Part shown: positions 63,243-64,000 of the stretch, piece by piece | Layout of the letters: each line of letters opens with the position of its first letter | How positions within the stretch are numbered: position 1 is the stretch's first letter | Origin: Callorhinchus milii | Taxonomy: Eukaryota | Assembly (NCBI RefSeq): GCF_018977255.1 | Contig: NW_024704742.1 | Location: forward strand, 80,974,001 to 81,038,000 | Direction: 5' to 3' | DNA: 64,000 nucleotides | The notes under the pieces: generated by a model | What the model was told of the DNA's origin: nothing | What the model saw: only the letters and a program-made list of their open reading frames with translations | Databases searched by the model: none | Program-made: the position numbers and the translations under genes

Positions 63243-64000
63243 GCTAAACACACGAAAAAGTTCATCTTATGACATTTTGCGTCAAAAAAGAAAGCCATGC
63301 AAGAACATGGCTAAACAAACAAAAAAGTTCATCTTATGACATTTTGGGTGCACTTGACACACATTTAGTGTAAAAATAGTAAACACAGGAATGTTGTAGA
63401 CCTAGATCTTGAAACATGAAGAACATTATATTACCAATTGCAGCCTTCATAGAAAATTTGTATAAATTCACTTCTGTCAGCTCCCATTTCACTTATAACC
63501 TTGAGTTTCATACCATTTAGCTTGTATTTGTGCAGCTGTCTAATAAGTATGTTCATGCATAATTTCAGCACTACATTCATTTTATTGTTTGCATTTGTGT
63601 AACAATTGAACAAATGGTAAACAAAACATTAGACTTTATTAAGGAATAGAGTACTGTGGAAATAGGAAGCTAGAAATGTCAAAGCCTGTTTTGTGTAAAT
63701 TTGTATAAATCCATTTTGTCGCTTGGGTTGAGTCTGCTAACTGCCTTTGGCCAGAAATTTATTGCAAGCAAGCCTTCACTGCTGCAGCTACATAAATATA
63801 TGTTACTAGCTGTACCCATTGCAGCTACACTTGGAACCAAAAGGTGCAATATGGAATGTAGACTTCAGTGATGCCATTCACAAATCATTTACTATGCCAT
63901 AAAGACTGTATGTACACCTTACATGCCTTTCTGTGTCGAAGTCCAGTTGTGCTGTTGTTTGAGCGGGCAATTCATTTTGCCATGTTCTTGCATGCCTTTC
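63243..64000. repeat. Possible non-autonomous DNA transposon with direct and inverted repeats, running off the window edge
   Basis: 37-bp direct repeat at 63243-63279 and 63310-63346 (2 mismatches); 26-bp inverted repeat at 63290-63315 and 63975-64000 (2 mismatches). Confidence 0.5.

Overview
This window is AT-rich, repeat-dense vertebrate nuclear DNA, most likely intronic or intergenic. The repeat mix suggests a cartilaginous fish, probably a chimaera/elephant-shark relative; this is inferred from the repeats only. I find no intact protein-coding gene: every ORF with a recognisable motif is a broken retrotransposon fragment (CR1, L2 or Tx1). Non-coding repeats include two tRNA-headed SINE families with L2-type 3' tails, a 663-bp solo LTR with 4-bp target-site duplications (TSDs) inside an L2, a 28-bp minisatellite and several palindromes. 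The best leads are: (i) Penelope-type repeats carrying minimal hammerhead ribozyme folds (47443-47481 and 59370-59408); (ii) an unclassified ~400-bp poly(A) retroposon in five copies, ending in a conserved hairpin; (iii) three CR1 insertions into SINEs, one creating a SINE-head/CR1 chimera; (iv) SINE subfamilies whose tails converge stepwise on the local L2 tail; (v) a promoter-like cluster of RFX X-boxes at ~42.1-42.65 kb with candidate downstream + strand exons. I cannot support a wholly new biological system from sequence alone. Coordinates were read by eye, and the boundaries of old repeats are approximate.
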